IMG/VR virus record: IMGVR_UViG_3300042868_009121 | Coordinates: 1 to 64,000 of that record | Reading direction: 5' to 3' (one strand) | From: a virus | DNA: 64,000 nt | In this document: piece by piece, positions 39,767-48,029 of the stretch | Layout: each line of letters opens with the position of its first letter | How positions within the stretch are numbered: position 1 is the stretch's first letter | Made by a program: the position numbers and the translations under genes | Notes under the pieces: model-generated | What the model was told of the DNA's origin: nothing | Seen by the model: the letters and a program-made list of their open reading frames with translations, nothing else | Database searches by the model: none

Positions 39767-40672
39767 TTATGTAGTTTTATTGCACAAGTCAGGTTTATTT
39801 GTATACGGACAAAACTTACAACTATTAGTATTCTTTGCGTATGATCTTTCCTTATTATGCTTGGCATTAGGATTGAAACACTCTCTTATGAATTTAGAGA
39901 AGTCTTCAAATGCATCTTGCACTTTTTTCTTTCCATTAGCTGGTATAAACTCTTGAACTCTGTATGTTGGATAGTCTGGATTAACAAACACTTTTCTCTT
40001 TACTATAAAGAATTTAACATCAATCTTTTCTTCTGGCACATTCATCGCTTTAGAATAAAACCTTTTATACAGAAGTATTTGATTAATTTTAGTCTGATCC
40101 TTTTTTTCATAATCAGACCATCCTTTAGTTGATGTCTTTATATCATAGATAGTATACTTATCTACAGCCTTTTCATATATTATAAAGTCTATAGATCCAT
40201 TCATAAGAACTCCAGGAATATCATCTATTACTGGGAGTAAGATAGGAATTTCTATGCCTACTAGATCGGATGTCTTTCTTGAAAAGTATTTAGATCTATT
40301 CTTTTTGAACCAATCTAATGTAGCTTGACCATCCGCTAAGAATTCTTTTAACTCATCTTTATTACTAAAATGTTCATTCTTATTGTCTACTAAACTTTGT
40401 TTATAATTCTCTATAAGTCTATCTTCAAGAATCTTATCTAGATCAAGTTCATCAGCAGCTTTACCAGACTTTTCATACATAAGTTTAAGATACTCTTGTA
40501 TAGTCTCGTGCATTGCAGTACCATATACTAAATAGATGGAAGGCTTAAATGAACTCTCTTTCTTTATATAAGTCAAATACCATTGATATTCACATTGCTT
40601 ATAAATAGAATATTGAGAATAGGATACAGGAGTTTGGGTAGCCCAATTGATGTTTAAATTAGGTTTGGGCAT
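39767..40672 (-). CDS. PD-(D/E)XK nuclease, RecB/Cas4-like
   Basis: SYSQ..C, GTAMHE, GSIDF..IYDIKT, QILLY, CKFCPY..C. Confidence 0.85.
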   Translation of the reverse strand: MPKPNLNINWATQTPVSYSQYSIYKQCEYQWYLTYIKKESSFKPSIYLVYGTAMHETIQEYLKLMYEKSGKAADELDLDKILEDRLIENYKQSLVDNKNEHFSNKDELKEFLADGQATLDWFKKNRSKYFSRKTSDLVGIEIPILLPVIDDIPGVLMNGSIDFIIYEKAVDKYTIYDIKTSTKGWSDYEKKDQTKINQILLYKRFYSKAMNVPEEKIDVKFFIVKRKVFVNPDYPTYRVQEFIPANGKKKVQDAFEDFSKFIRECFNPNAKHNKERSYAKNTNSCKFCPYTNKPDLCNKTT

Positions 40673-40938
40673 TATTTCTTTTTACCTGTAATAATAGATT
40701 TAATTTTCTGTAGGTATAGAATAGCATCCATGTGCTCTTCAATTGCAGCTTCTATCCATTGTTCTAAAGACCAGTCTTCACGATCTAAGGTAACTCCATA
40801 TTTTTCTTTACCTACTCTAGAACGATCTATAAACTTATCTACTATTGAATCTACAATAGAATCAGTTTTAATTACTATTCTACTATTAGAATCATTATAC
40901 GTTGTTATTGTTCCGTATATATCTTTATTCTTGCTCAT
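40672..40938 (-). CDS. conserved phage protein, possible all-alpha NTP pyrophosphatase fold
   Basis: RSRVGKEKYGVTLDR..WIEAAIEEHMDAILYL. Confidence 0.5.
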   Translation of the reverse strand: MSKNKDIYGTITTYNDSNSRIVIKTDSIVDSIVDKFIDRSRVGKEKYGVTLDREDWSLEQWIEAAIEEHMDAILYLQKIKSIITGKKK

Positions 40939-41158
40939 TAGCTAATTCTTTAGGATAAAAATCTTTATTAACGTGTCCACATTTTGTACATACAAATGTT
41001 GCAATAGGAATGACTCCGTCTTGCATTTCACCTGTTAAAAACTTACTAACCTTACGAAGCATAAGAGCTTCTTGAAATGTTGTATTAGAACATTCTTCGC
41101 ATACTATTGATGTGGTCTTTTTTAAGTCTATGTTGACTTTCATTCTTTGATCCTGCAT
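40925..41158 (-). CDS. zinc-ribbon protein
   Basis: CEEC ... CTKCGH. Confidence 0.65.
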   Translation of the reverse strand: MQDQRMKVNIDLKKTTSIVCEECSNTTFQEALMLRKVSKFLTGEMQDGVIPIATFVCTKCGHVNKDFYPKELANEQE

Positions 41159-41297
41159 ATTATTTGTTTTTAAATAAATCTTTAAGTTTTTTTGCTGGTA
41201 CTATTGTATTGTAATTATCATCTATTAATGGGGCTCTCCATACTTCATAAGCAATCCATAATATAGCTACTACTACAAATAATGCTAAAATCATAAT

Positions 41298-41549
41298 TTA
41301 TATTTTTTTAGAGCTCCAATAAATTTCTCTTACTTTACCTCCTAATTCTTGATCATTAGGTGTTGAATAAATTAATTCTTCACTAACTGTAATTAGTCTT
41401 CTACTACGTTCTTGGCTACACATATGAGGTTGATAACATCCTTGACCAGCACCTTCAACATATCCTATTCTAGTATCGATGTGATCATTAAATCTGTATG
41501 GTGTGTCTTTACCACACATTACGCATTTGTCGATTGGGTTGTTTTGCAT
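41298..41549 (-). CDS. hypothetical protein
   Basis: Start moved to MQNNP (upstream part is tRNA); DKCVMCG..RIGYVEGAGQ motif. Confidence 0.6.
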   Translation of the reverse strand: MQNNPIDKCVMCGKDTPYRFNDHIDTRIGYVEGAGQGCYQPHMCSQERSRRLITVSEELIYSTPNDQELGGKVREIYWSSKKI

Positions 41550-41563
41550 AACTATTATTTTAG

Positions 41564-41650
41564 TACCTGAAGTGGGACTTGAACCCACACGAGCTTTTTC
41601 TGCTCACAAGATTTTAAGTCTTGCGCGTATACCGATTTCGCCATCCAGGT
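41564..41650 (-). tRNA. tRNA-Leu(TAA)
   Basis: ACCTGGA/TTCAGGT acceptor, CAAGA-CTTAAAA-TCTTG anticodon arm, long variable arm, GTGGG-TTCAAGT-CCCAC. Confidence 0.9.
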
Positions 41651-41658
41651 TTAAAGAG

Positions 41659-41815
41659 CTGTCAGGGGAGGAGTCGAACCTCCATGCTGCAATTCAGTAT
41701 TAGACAAAATAGCCGGCTTTGTGGTCAACCCATATCTAAATACCTATCTTGTTTTTCAGCGCCCACGAGACGAGTGGGTGTGTATGCCGCGTAGCTACTC
41801 TTTCACCACCTGACA
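41659..41815 (-). ncRNA. expanded tRNA-like RNA (157 nt)
   Basis: TGTCAGG/CCTGACA acceptor, GGAGG-TTCGACT-CCTCC T arm, CCCAC-TCGTCTC-GTGGG arm, ~78-nt paired variable region. Confidence 0.6.
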
Positions 41816-41819
41816 ATGA

Positions 41820-42038
41820 TTAATAAATTCTATCTTGTTTTTCTTGTTTATATTCTTTGTACTTTCTTACCCAAGTAAAGCTAACATCAACTGCCATTAA
41901 TATTGGTGCCATTACTAATATAGCTAATGTTTCTAATGCAGGAGATGCATATAAAGGATCTTCATTTCTTTTAGCATAACTTGTATACATTTTATATATG
42001 CAGTAAATTATGCTGATAATGTAAATAGTTAATATCAT
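41820..42038 (-). CDS. small membrane protein
   Basis: Two hydrophobic segments; TATATTTG promoter motif at 42054-42061. Confidence 0.6.
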   Translation of the reverse strand: MILTIYIISIIYCIYKMYTSYAKRNEDPLYASPALETLAILVMAPILMAVDVSFTWVRKYKEYKQEKQDRIY

Positions 42039-42175
42039 AACGTTTTATTTATTCAAATATAAAAAGATCTTTTGATATTGATATAATTGATCTTTAGAGT
42101 GATTCATTTTATTGATTTAGAAAGATATTTATTCTTGTACCACAAGGTATATATTTTTAACTTAAATCATTAGAA

Positions 42176-42346
42176 ATGAAAAAAACTGAATTACTAGGCC
42201 TTATCAGACACGCTCTTACTTTTGTCGGCGGTATCGTTGTTGCAAAAGGTTTGATTGATGAGAGCCTATTCCAAGAAGTTCTTGGTGGTGTTATGACTTT
42301 ATTTGGTGCTGGTTGGTCTCTTTGGGAGAAGAAAAAAGCTGCGTAA
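42176..42346 (+). CDS. small two-TM putative holin (Pam3 gp28-like), absent from the ORF track
   Basis: MKKTELLGLIRHALTFVGGIVVAKGLIDESLFQEVLGGVMTLFGAGWSLWEKKKAA; TATTTAT at 42126-42132. Confidence 0.7.
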   Translation: MKKTELLGLIRHALTFVGGIVVAKGLIDESLFQEVLGGVMTLFGAGWSLWEKKKAA

Positions 42347-42370
42347 TTAAAAACACTTTATTTAAAACAA

Positions 42371-42400
42371 AAGAGAGCCGGTTTCTACCGGCTTTTTTTA
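42371..42400. terminator. bidirectional intrinsic terminator
   Basis: AAGAGAGCCGGT-TTCT-ACCGGCTTTTTTT between convergent genes. Confidence 0.8.
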
Positions 42401-42427
42401 TTAAAAGACTACTGTTCTTCAACTATT

Positions 42428-42703
42428 TTATTTTTTGTTTGTTAATTTAGTTTCTAATTTATCTAGTCTTGAATCCAATTGTGAATAGATGTCTTTTTCA
42501 AAACCATCAATTCTTGAATGACAGTGTCTATTTTCTTCAGCTATATTCTGATAAATTTCTCCTACAACTGAATCAAGTTGTCTTTGAATATTATCTAATT
42601 GATTTTTCACTTTTATTACCTTAACGAAGGCATAAGTAGCAACTATAGCCAAAGCTATAACCACAACGAATGCTATCCCTAAAACGAATGATAGTGTTTC
42701 CAT
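42428..42703 (-). CDS. single-TM coiled-coil protein
   Basis: METLSFVLG start with TAAGGAG upstream; N-terminal TM then heptads. Confidence 0.7.
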   Translation of the reverse strand: METLSFVLGIAFVVVIALAIVATYAFVKVIKVKNQLDNIQRQLDSVVGEIYQNIAEENRHCHSRIDGFEKDIYSQLDSRLDKLETKLTNKK

Positions 42704-42742
42704 GATTTGTTTCTCCTTATATGTCAAAGAACAGTAGCCTTG

Positions 42743-42816
42743 TTGACCCTCTCGGGCTTGAACCGAGGACCCACAGATTATGAGTCTGTTGCTCTAACCA
42801 ACTGAGCTAAGGATCA
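42743..42816 (-). tRNA. tRNA with CAT anticodon (Ile2 more likely than Met)
   Basis: TGATCCT/AGGGTCA acceptor, TAGCTCAGTTGGTTAGAGC D arm, ACAGA-CTCATAA-TCTGT, CTCGG-TTCAAGC-CCGAG. Confidence 0.88.
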
Positions 42817-42828
42817 ATCTTGATTCAG

Positions 42829-42900
42829 AGCCCCCGCCCAGAATCGAACTGAGTTATCGTGATTACAAGTCACGCGCATCGCCAGCAATGCTTAAGGGGC
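42829..42900 (-). tRNA. tRNA-Thr(TGT)
   Basis: CGTGA-CTTGTAA-TCACG anticodon arm; GCCCC/GGGGC acceptor; TTCGATT T loop. Confidence 0.85.
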
Positions 42901-42902
42901 AT

Positions 42903-42930
42903 AAAAAAGGGAAGTCATTTCTGACCTCCC
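42903..42930 (-). terminator. terminator-like hairpin
   Basis: GGGAGGTCA-GAAA-TGACTTCCC-TTTTTT. Confidence 0.7.
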
Positions 42931-43216
42931 TATAAATTGATGGGAATAACGATTACCCATAATCCATGGACAGACCCCTTTTCACCCATAGTCCACAAAG
43001 ATGATCAGTCTAAGTGTTGAGACTAGTTGGATTGACTACCAACAACGCCTGCGGAGATCGTCATGATTTTCTTCGGCGTATCCAGAGCACTTTTAGGTTG
43101 CGCATTCTACCTTTAGTGTTGGTGGTTTTAACTCATCTGTCTGTGAAACCCAACTCAATAGCTTTTCAGCTATCTTATTAGTGCCTTAATCCCTCTCAAG
43201 GATTTATTCGGCCACA
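42931..43216 (-). ncRNA. unassigned structured non-coding RNA
   Basis: No ORF of 60 aa or more, GC-richer than flanks, at least eight stems, lies between tmRNA and tRNA-Thr. Confidence 0.6.
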
Positions 43217-43226
43217 TTTTTATTTT

Positions 43227-43614
43227 TGGTGGAGATAGTGGGATTCGAACCCACGTCTCCGAAAGAGACAATAATACTAACGTCTCACATGCTTAGTACT
43301 GCTTGCGCTGCACCGTAAGGGCTGACTTGTTATGGTCGGATCCACCACTTGATTTTATGACTATCAAGAAAACAATCTACAGTCCTTATTTAACGAGTCG
43401 ATCGTGAATACTCGGAGTAGTTCTGTTCCTAGGTTACTCACCCGAGTTTGACTAGGCAGCTACTGCGTAGTCAGCACCAACGAAAGACATTGCGTCTTCG
43501 AAAGTGAATGAAGATAATTCTTCAGCGTTTATTGTTTAGTATCTTCTAAGGCAGTATACTCAAATGCCTGCATGTAGTATTACCTCAACATTCGGATCGA
43601 TACCGGTTATCCCC
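43227..43614 (-). ncRNA. ssrA: tmRNA
   Basis: 5' GGGGATA pairs with TATCTCC-ACCA (G3.U Ala identity), T arm GTGGG-TTCGAAT-CCCAC, tag ORF 43526-43452 AEELSSFTFEDAMSFVGADYAVAA*. Confidence 0.93.
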
Positions 43615-43619
43615 ATATT

Positions 43620-43856
43620 TTAAAGATCTACACAGTAAAATACTGCGGTAGGTTTGTGTTCTAAAAAAGTTTCATCTAATGAATCTTCATCACTTGTAAT
43701 AAGAGGAACAAATCTATTAGAGTTAAATGATGTGTATCCTTCTGGAACACTAACTTCTTCTAATATAAAATTGTTACTAACAGTTACTTGAGCTACGGTA
43801 TAAACTTCACCTTCAGTAAGCACATCTTCATATCCATTTATACAGAGAACTTTCAT
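43620..43856 (-). CDS. hypothetical protein
   Basis: KVLCIN..LTEGEVYTV..FNSNRF pattern. Confidence 0.6.
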   Translation of the reverse strand: MKVLCINGYEDVLTEGEVYTVAQVTVSNNFILEEVSVPEGYTSFNSNRFVPLITSDEDSLDETFLEHKPTAVFYCVDL

Positions 43857-43935
43857 ATAATAAGTATTTGATTTTATGTAAAAAGACGTTTCAACGGTAG
43901 TCGTTCCGAGCGTTTCCCTCGACAGCCCATAGTAA

Positions 43936-44142
43936 TTACTTTACTGGAATCTCGTGTGCAGATTGACCGGCACCTACTGCATCATTTAATTGAGCAGAAT
44001 CAGTTACTACATTTACAGAGTCAACTGGAGCTACTACTGAATCTACAGGAGCTACAAGTGAATCAGTGGCAGGAGTCTCACCAGAACCACCACAAGAGGC
44101 AAGCATAACAAGCATTGCCATAGCGATAACCATCTTTTTCAT
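43936..44142 (-). CDS. small lipoprotein with VAPVDS repeats
   Basis: Lipobox MLASC; TATATTTG promoter motif at 44168-44175. Confidence 0.75.
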   Translation of the reverse strand: MKKMVIAMAMLVMLASCGGSGETPATDSLVAPVDSVVAPVDSVNVVTDSAQLNDAVGAGQSAHEIPVK

Positions 44143-44226
44143 TTTTCTATTTTGATTTGTTTCAATACAAATATAAGATAGATTTGTTTATTGGATACAA
44201 TTAATCTTTATAGTGAACCACTTTTT

Positions 44227-45417
44227 TTATTGTCCCTTACTAGGAAATTTAGTCCAACCATTGATCCAAGTAGGCATAGCTAATTCAGGAATAATAACAT
44301 CAATCTCTTTATTACCTTTTCCTAAAGCTAGTGTTTTAAGTTGATCATTAGTTAGGATTGTTGTTGCTTTACTAATAAAGTTTTGAGTTGGATTGAATGC
44401 ACCTACTGAATTATTTTCAAATATAGATACACCGTCTTTTATTGCTTGAGCTGTTTCATTACTTTCTAAACTTAATCCACCTTTTATCCAACCGTAGATA
44501 GCACTATTCTTTACTGTAAATTGTGTAGCTCTTCTAAACCTTAAACCTAGATTGTGGTTCGCTAATGCGGTTTGATTATTAGGTCCAACTAATACCATTC
44601 CAATTAATTTAGGATGCGTAAATGGTTGTGCCAGTGAGCCCACACCATCATTATCACATTCTACACCATTACCTGCGTCACCGTTGTCTACAAACAAAGG
44701 ATCACGTTTTGCAATACCATTTGTTACAGTTCCAGTGTAACCAAAATCAAAGTCAAAGTCATCATCTGCTGTAGCATACGCATAAAGATTTTTTGGAGAA
44801 ACAGTTCCGCCAAAGAATTCAAATGCATCATCGTTAGCATAGATTGTTTGTACATTTTCAATTATAGTACCAGAACCTACACCACCTAAAGTAAGTGCAT
44901 TAATTTCTGAGTTAGGTAATGCGGCAATTCCTGCATATTCAATACGAACATACTTCAAAATACCACTGTTGTCTCCATCATCATTACCACCAAATGGACG
45001 ACCAATACCACCTTCAATAGTTGGTTCTGATGAACGATTAGTTTTTGCTTTGCCTAATATTACAATTCCACCCCAGTCACCAGGAGACCTCTCGCCGGCG
45101 ATTTTTCCTGAGGTAAAAATGATTGGTTTTGTTGCTGTTCCTTCTGCAATAATCTTTGCACCTCTTTCGATACATAAAGCACCTTTTTCTGCAATATCAC
45201 TTTTAATTACAGTTCCTGCTTGAATAATTAATGTAGCACCTTCTTTAACATAAACGTATCCTCTTAGAGTCCATTCTTTGTCAGAAGTAAGAGTTGTAGT
45301 TATTGTAATGTTACCCGTAATTGTTTTGTCAGTAGGTACATTTATAGGTGGATCTATAGGTTCTTTTTTACAAGCAAATAAACCGATAATTACTAAAAAT
45401 AAAATTAGCTTTTTCAT
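44227..45417 (-). CDS. beta-helix surface lipoprotein partnered with the TonB receptor
   Basis: LFAC lipobox; PGDWGG, SGILKYVRIEYAG, GVGSGT, DDAFEFFGGTV, DDDFDFDFGY. Confidence 0.8.
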   Translation of the reverse strand: MKKLILFLVIIGLFACKKEPIDPPINVPTDKTITGNITITTTLTSDKEWTLRGYVYVKEGATLIIQAGTVIKSDIAEKGALCIERGAKIIAEGTATKPIIFTSGKIAGERSPGDWGGIVILGKAKTNRSSEPTIEGGIGRPFGGNDDGDNSGILKYVRIEYAGIAALPNSEINALTLGGVGSGTIIENVQTIYANDDAFEFFGGTVSPKNLYAYATADDDFDFDFGYTGTVTNGIAKRDPLFVDNGDAGNGVECDNDGVGSLAQPFTHPKLIGMVLVGPNNQTALANHNLGLRFRRATQFTVKNSAIYGWIKGGLSLESNETAQAIKDGVSIFENNSVGAFNPTQNFISKATTILTNDQLKTLALGKGNKEIDVIIPELAMPTWINGWTKFPSKGQ

Positions 45418-47663
45418 AAATTCAAATTAAATGTTAATGAAATTGATTGTTCGTTATTTGTTTTAATTAAATTGCCTCTTGATTTTTGATAATAAACAGA
45501 TGGTTGGGCAAGTATATCACCTACTGCTAATTTTATTTCTCCTTTACCTACTTTACGTAAGAATACTAAATCTATAACATCTCTAGAGTTTTCAAATATA
45601 TCATCGTATCCTTGAAAACCTACCGCAGATATTCTATCTCCAACTCTGTTATAAGAAATGTTAAACGTATTTTTTCCTTTATGTAAATTCAATCCACCAT
45701 TTACAACATAATTAGATTGTCCTTGTAATTGTCTTTTTCTTCCATTAACAATAACTTCAGATTTAACTATAGAAGTATTAGTATAAGCATCTAACCAATT
45801 AGTTATTTTTTTACGAAATTCTATTTCAAATCCAGCAACTAATGCTTGATCTGGGTTCAAGTAAGTTAATAATAGGTTTGATGGTACAGATCCATCTGCT
45901 ACTATTTGTTCAATTGGCTTTTTAAAGTCTTTAATAAAGAAAGCGGCAGATATATTTTCACCTTGTTTAGGATAGTATTCTAATTTAATATCAATATTGT
46001 ATATATCTGTTTTTTCTAAATTAGTATTACCCAATAATTGAGCATTACGTACAAAATCATAATAAGCAAAATTAGCCACTTCTCTAAATTCAGGTCTTGC
46101 TAATGTTTTACTAGCAGATATTCTATATTTGAATTTATCCCATTCATAAGAAAAGTTTACCGACGGTAAAAAGTCTAAGTACTTCCTATTTACATCAACT
46201 TTTTGTCCACTAAAATCTGCAGTATTAACATTAAACAAATTATATTCTGTTCTTAAACCTGCATTTACTTTCCAACCATTTAACTCGCCTTCATATAAAG
46301 CATACGCACTCGCTAAATCAAAATCTGCTGAATACTTGTCTGTGTTGTTAGTAATTTCATCTAACATGTCTATAGAAGTATATCTAAAGATTCTAGCTTT
46401 GAAAGTTCTATATTTTTTAATATAGCTTGAACCCATTTTAAAATTACCTAGTTGTTTATTCACACTAGCATTTAAACCATTTTCATCCATATCACTCCAG
46501 AAACGATAAGTATCTCTCCATGCTGTTGCATAAGGTTCATTAACACCTAATGATTTAGTTATTGGATTAATTCTATAGTCTGGTTGTTTTCTTATCATTA
46601 AGTTATATCCTACATTAAAATCAAAAGTTTTAATCTTGCCATCAAATTGTGAATTGATCAATGTTTTAATTATATTGTTAGATGCTGTACTTCTTACATC
46701 TTGAACATTATCATAATTTTCACCATTACGAGTTAAATACGTTTGTTCAACTTGATGATTAAATAATGTTTTCCAACTATACTTATTCTTTCCTGTATAA
46801 GTAATATTAGTTAGTGCATTTAATAATTGCACCTTACTAAATGAAGTATCTTTATATTTGTAAGCTAATTCAGTTGAAGATTGATAATCTTGTCTATCAA
46901 TGTAGTTTAATTGGAATGTATTTCTTGTTGTTGAACTAAATAAAAAGTTCCACTTATTTCTTTTTAAACCAAAAGACATTGATCCATTTAAGTTAGGAAT
47001 GGATTTAAATTGTTTGGCGTCTGGAGACTTTATAAGGCTTGTATAATTCCTTTTCTCTGTGTTTGTGCTTACGCGGTAAGTGTATGTGGATGGAAATTGA
47101 GTGGGGACGGTCGTATAATCCACCAATTTGAAATTTTGGGAAGTTGATACGGCCCCGTAGTTCATTCCGAGGCCTAATGAGAAAAAATCATTGGACACAT
47201 CTTTTGTAGTTATTTGAACAATACCTCCTGCAAAATCACCGGGTAAATTAGCTGTAGCTGACTTTGCTACTATGATATTATCTATAAGTCCTGAGGGAAT
47301 AATATCAAATGAGAATGCTCTACGATCAGGTTCTGTTGAAGGTAAAATGGTTTTATTCAACATAGCAGAGTTATATCTGTCTGCTAAACCTCTAACCAAT
47401 ACAAATTTATCGTTCTGTATAGTAACACCATTAACTCTTTTGAGTGCGTCACCTACACTACGGTCAGGAGTCTTTTTTATAAATTCAATAGAAAGACCAT
47501 CAGATATAACAGAACTATTTCTGATACTATTAACAACGGCAATATTGGATTCTTTCTTTTGTACAGAACGAATTGTAATATTGTCTAGTTTTTGATTAAA
47601 AATTGTGTCTTGAGAAAATGACAGAACCGGGAATAGTAAAAATAATAACGTTTTTAATTTCAT
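45414..47663 (-). CDS. TonB-dependent outer-membrane receptor
   Basis: Signal peptide; plug DALKRVNGV..VRGLADRY..PSTEPDRRAFSFDIIP..GDFAGG; barrel LARPEFRE, GNTNL, LQGQS. Confidence 0.9.
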   Translation of the reverse strand: MKLKTLLFLLFPVLSFSQDTIFNQKLDNITIRSVQKKESNIAVVNSIRNSSVISDGLSIEFIKKTPDRSVGDALKRVNGVTIQNDKFVLVRGLADRYNSAMLNKTILPSTEPDRRAFSFDIIPSGLIDNIIVAKSATANLPGDFAGGIVQITTKDVSNDFFSLGLGMNYGAVSTSQNFKLVDYTTVPTQFPSTYTYRVSTNTEKRNYTSLIKSPDAKQFKSIPNLNGSMSFGLKRNKWNFLFSSTTRNTFQLNYIDRQDYQSSTELAYKYKDTSFSKVQLLNALTNITYTGKNKYSWKTLFNHQVEQTYLTRNGENYDNVQDVRSTASNNIIKTLINSQFDGKIKTFDFNVGYNLMIRKQPDYRINPITKSLGVNEPYATAWRDTYRFWSDMDENGLNASVNKQLGNFKMGSSYIKKYRTFKARIFRYTSIDMLDEITNNTDKYSADFDLASAYALYEGELNGWKVNAGLRTEYNLFNVNTADFSGQKVDVNRKYLDFLPSVNFSYEWDKFKYRISASKTLARPEFREVANFAYYDFVRNAQLLGNTNLEKTDIYNIDIKLEYYPKQGENISAAFFIKDFKKPIEQIVADGSVPSNLLLTYLNPDQALVAGFEIEFRKKITNWLDAYTNTSIVKSEVIVNGRKRQLQGQSNYVVNGGLNLHKGKNTFNISYNRVGDRISAVGFQGYDDIFENSRDVIDLVFLRKVGKGEIKLAVGDILAQPSVYYQKSRGNLIKTNNEQSISLTFNLNL

Positions 47664-47725
47664 ATAAATAGATATTTTGGAAATTTATTCCAAATGATAT
47701 CTTAATATTACTAAATTATTAATTA

Positions 47726-48025
47726 TTACTTACTGCTTTTCTCCTTAGTGCCAAAATAATAACTAAAGATCATTAGTACTAGCGTCTTTATTAGATCAAA
47801 TAACTCTTTATTTTGCTCAGGAGATATTAAATTAATTTTCCAAGCTATAGTTTTATCAACAATAAATAAAGCAACTAAAGCAGTAAATATCATTAATATA
47901 AATCTAACTAATATTTCTTGAGTATTTTGTGCAAATAGTTTATACGTAAAATAAACAGACATCATTATAAACCCTAAAGCCGCAAATATCCCTAGAATCA
48001 TTGTTAATCCACCTTCTGAAAACAT
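47726..48025 (-). CDS. three-TM holin-like membrane protein
   Basis: Three hydrophobic helices, YYFG and a basic tail. Confidence 0.5.
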   Translation of the reverse strand: MFSEGGLTMILGIFAALGFIMMSVYFTYKLFAQNTQEILVRFILMIFTALVALFIVDKTIAWKINLISPEQNKELFDLIKTLVLMIFSYYFGTKEKSSK

Positions 48026-48029
48026 AACT

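Noticed and set aside
39767-40672. Cas4 as evidence of a CRISPR-Cas system
   Set aside because: Solo RecB/Cas4-like nucleases are common in phages; no array or other cas genes in the window
41503-41703. ORF 41503..41703 and the N-terminal extension of 41298..41588
   Set aside because: They overlap tRNA-Leu and the tRNA-like element
42931-43216. RNase P RNA or group I intron
   Set aside because: No GAGGAAAGUCC/P4 signature, no interrupted host gene, and I could not identify a group I core
43882-43930. Hammerhead ribozyme
   Set aside because: CTGTCGA and GGAA deviate from the required CUGANGA and GAAA core, and stem I cannot be formed convincingly
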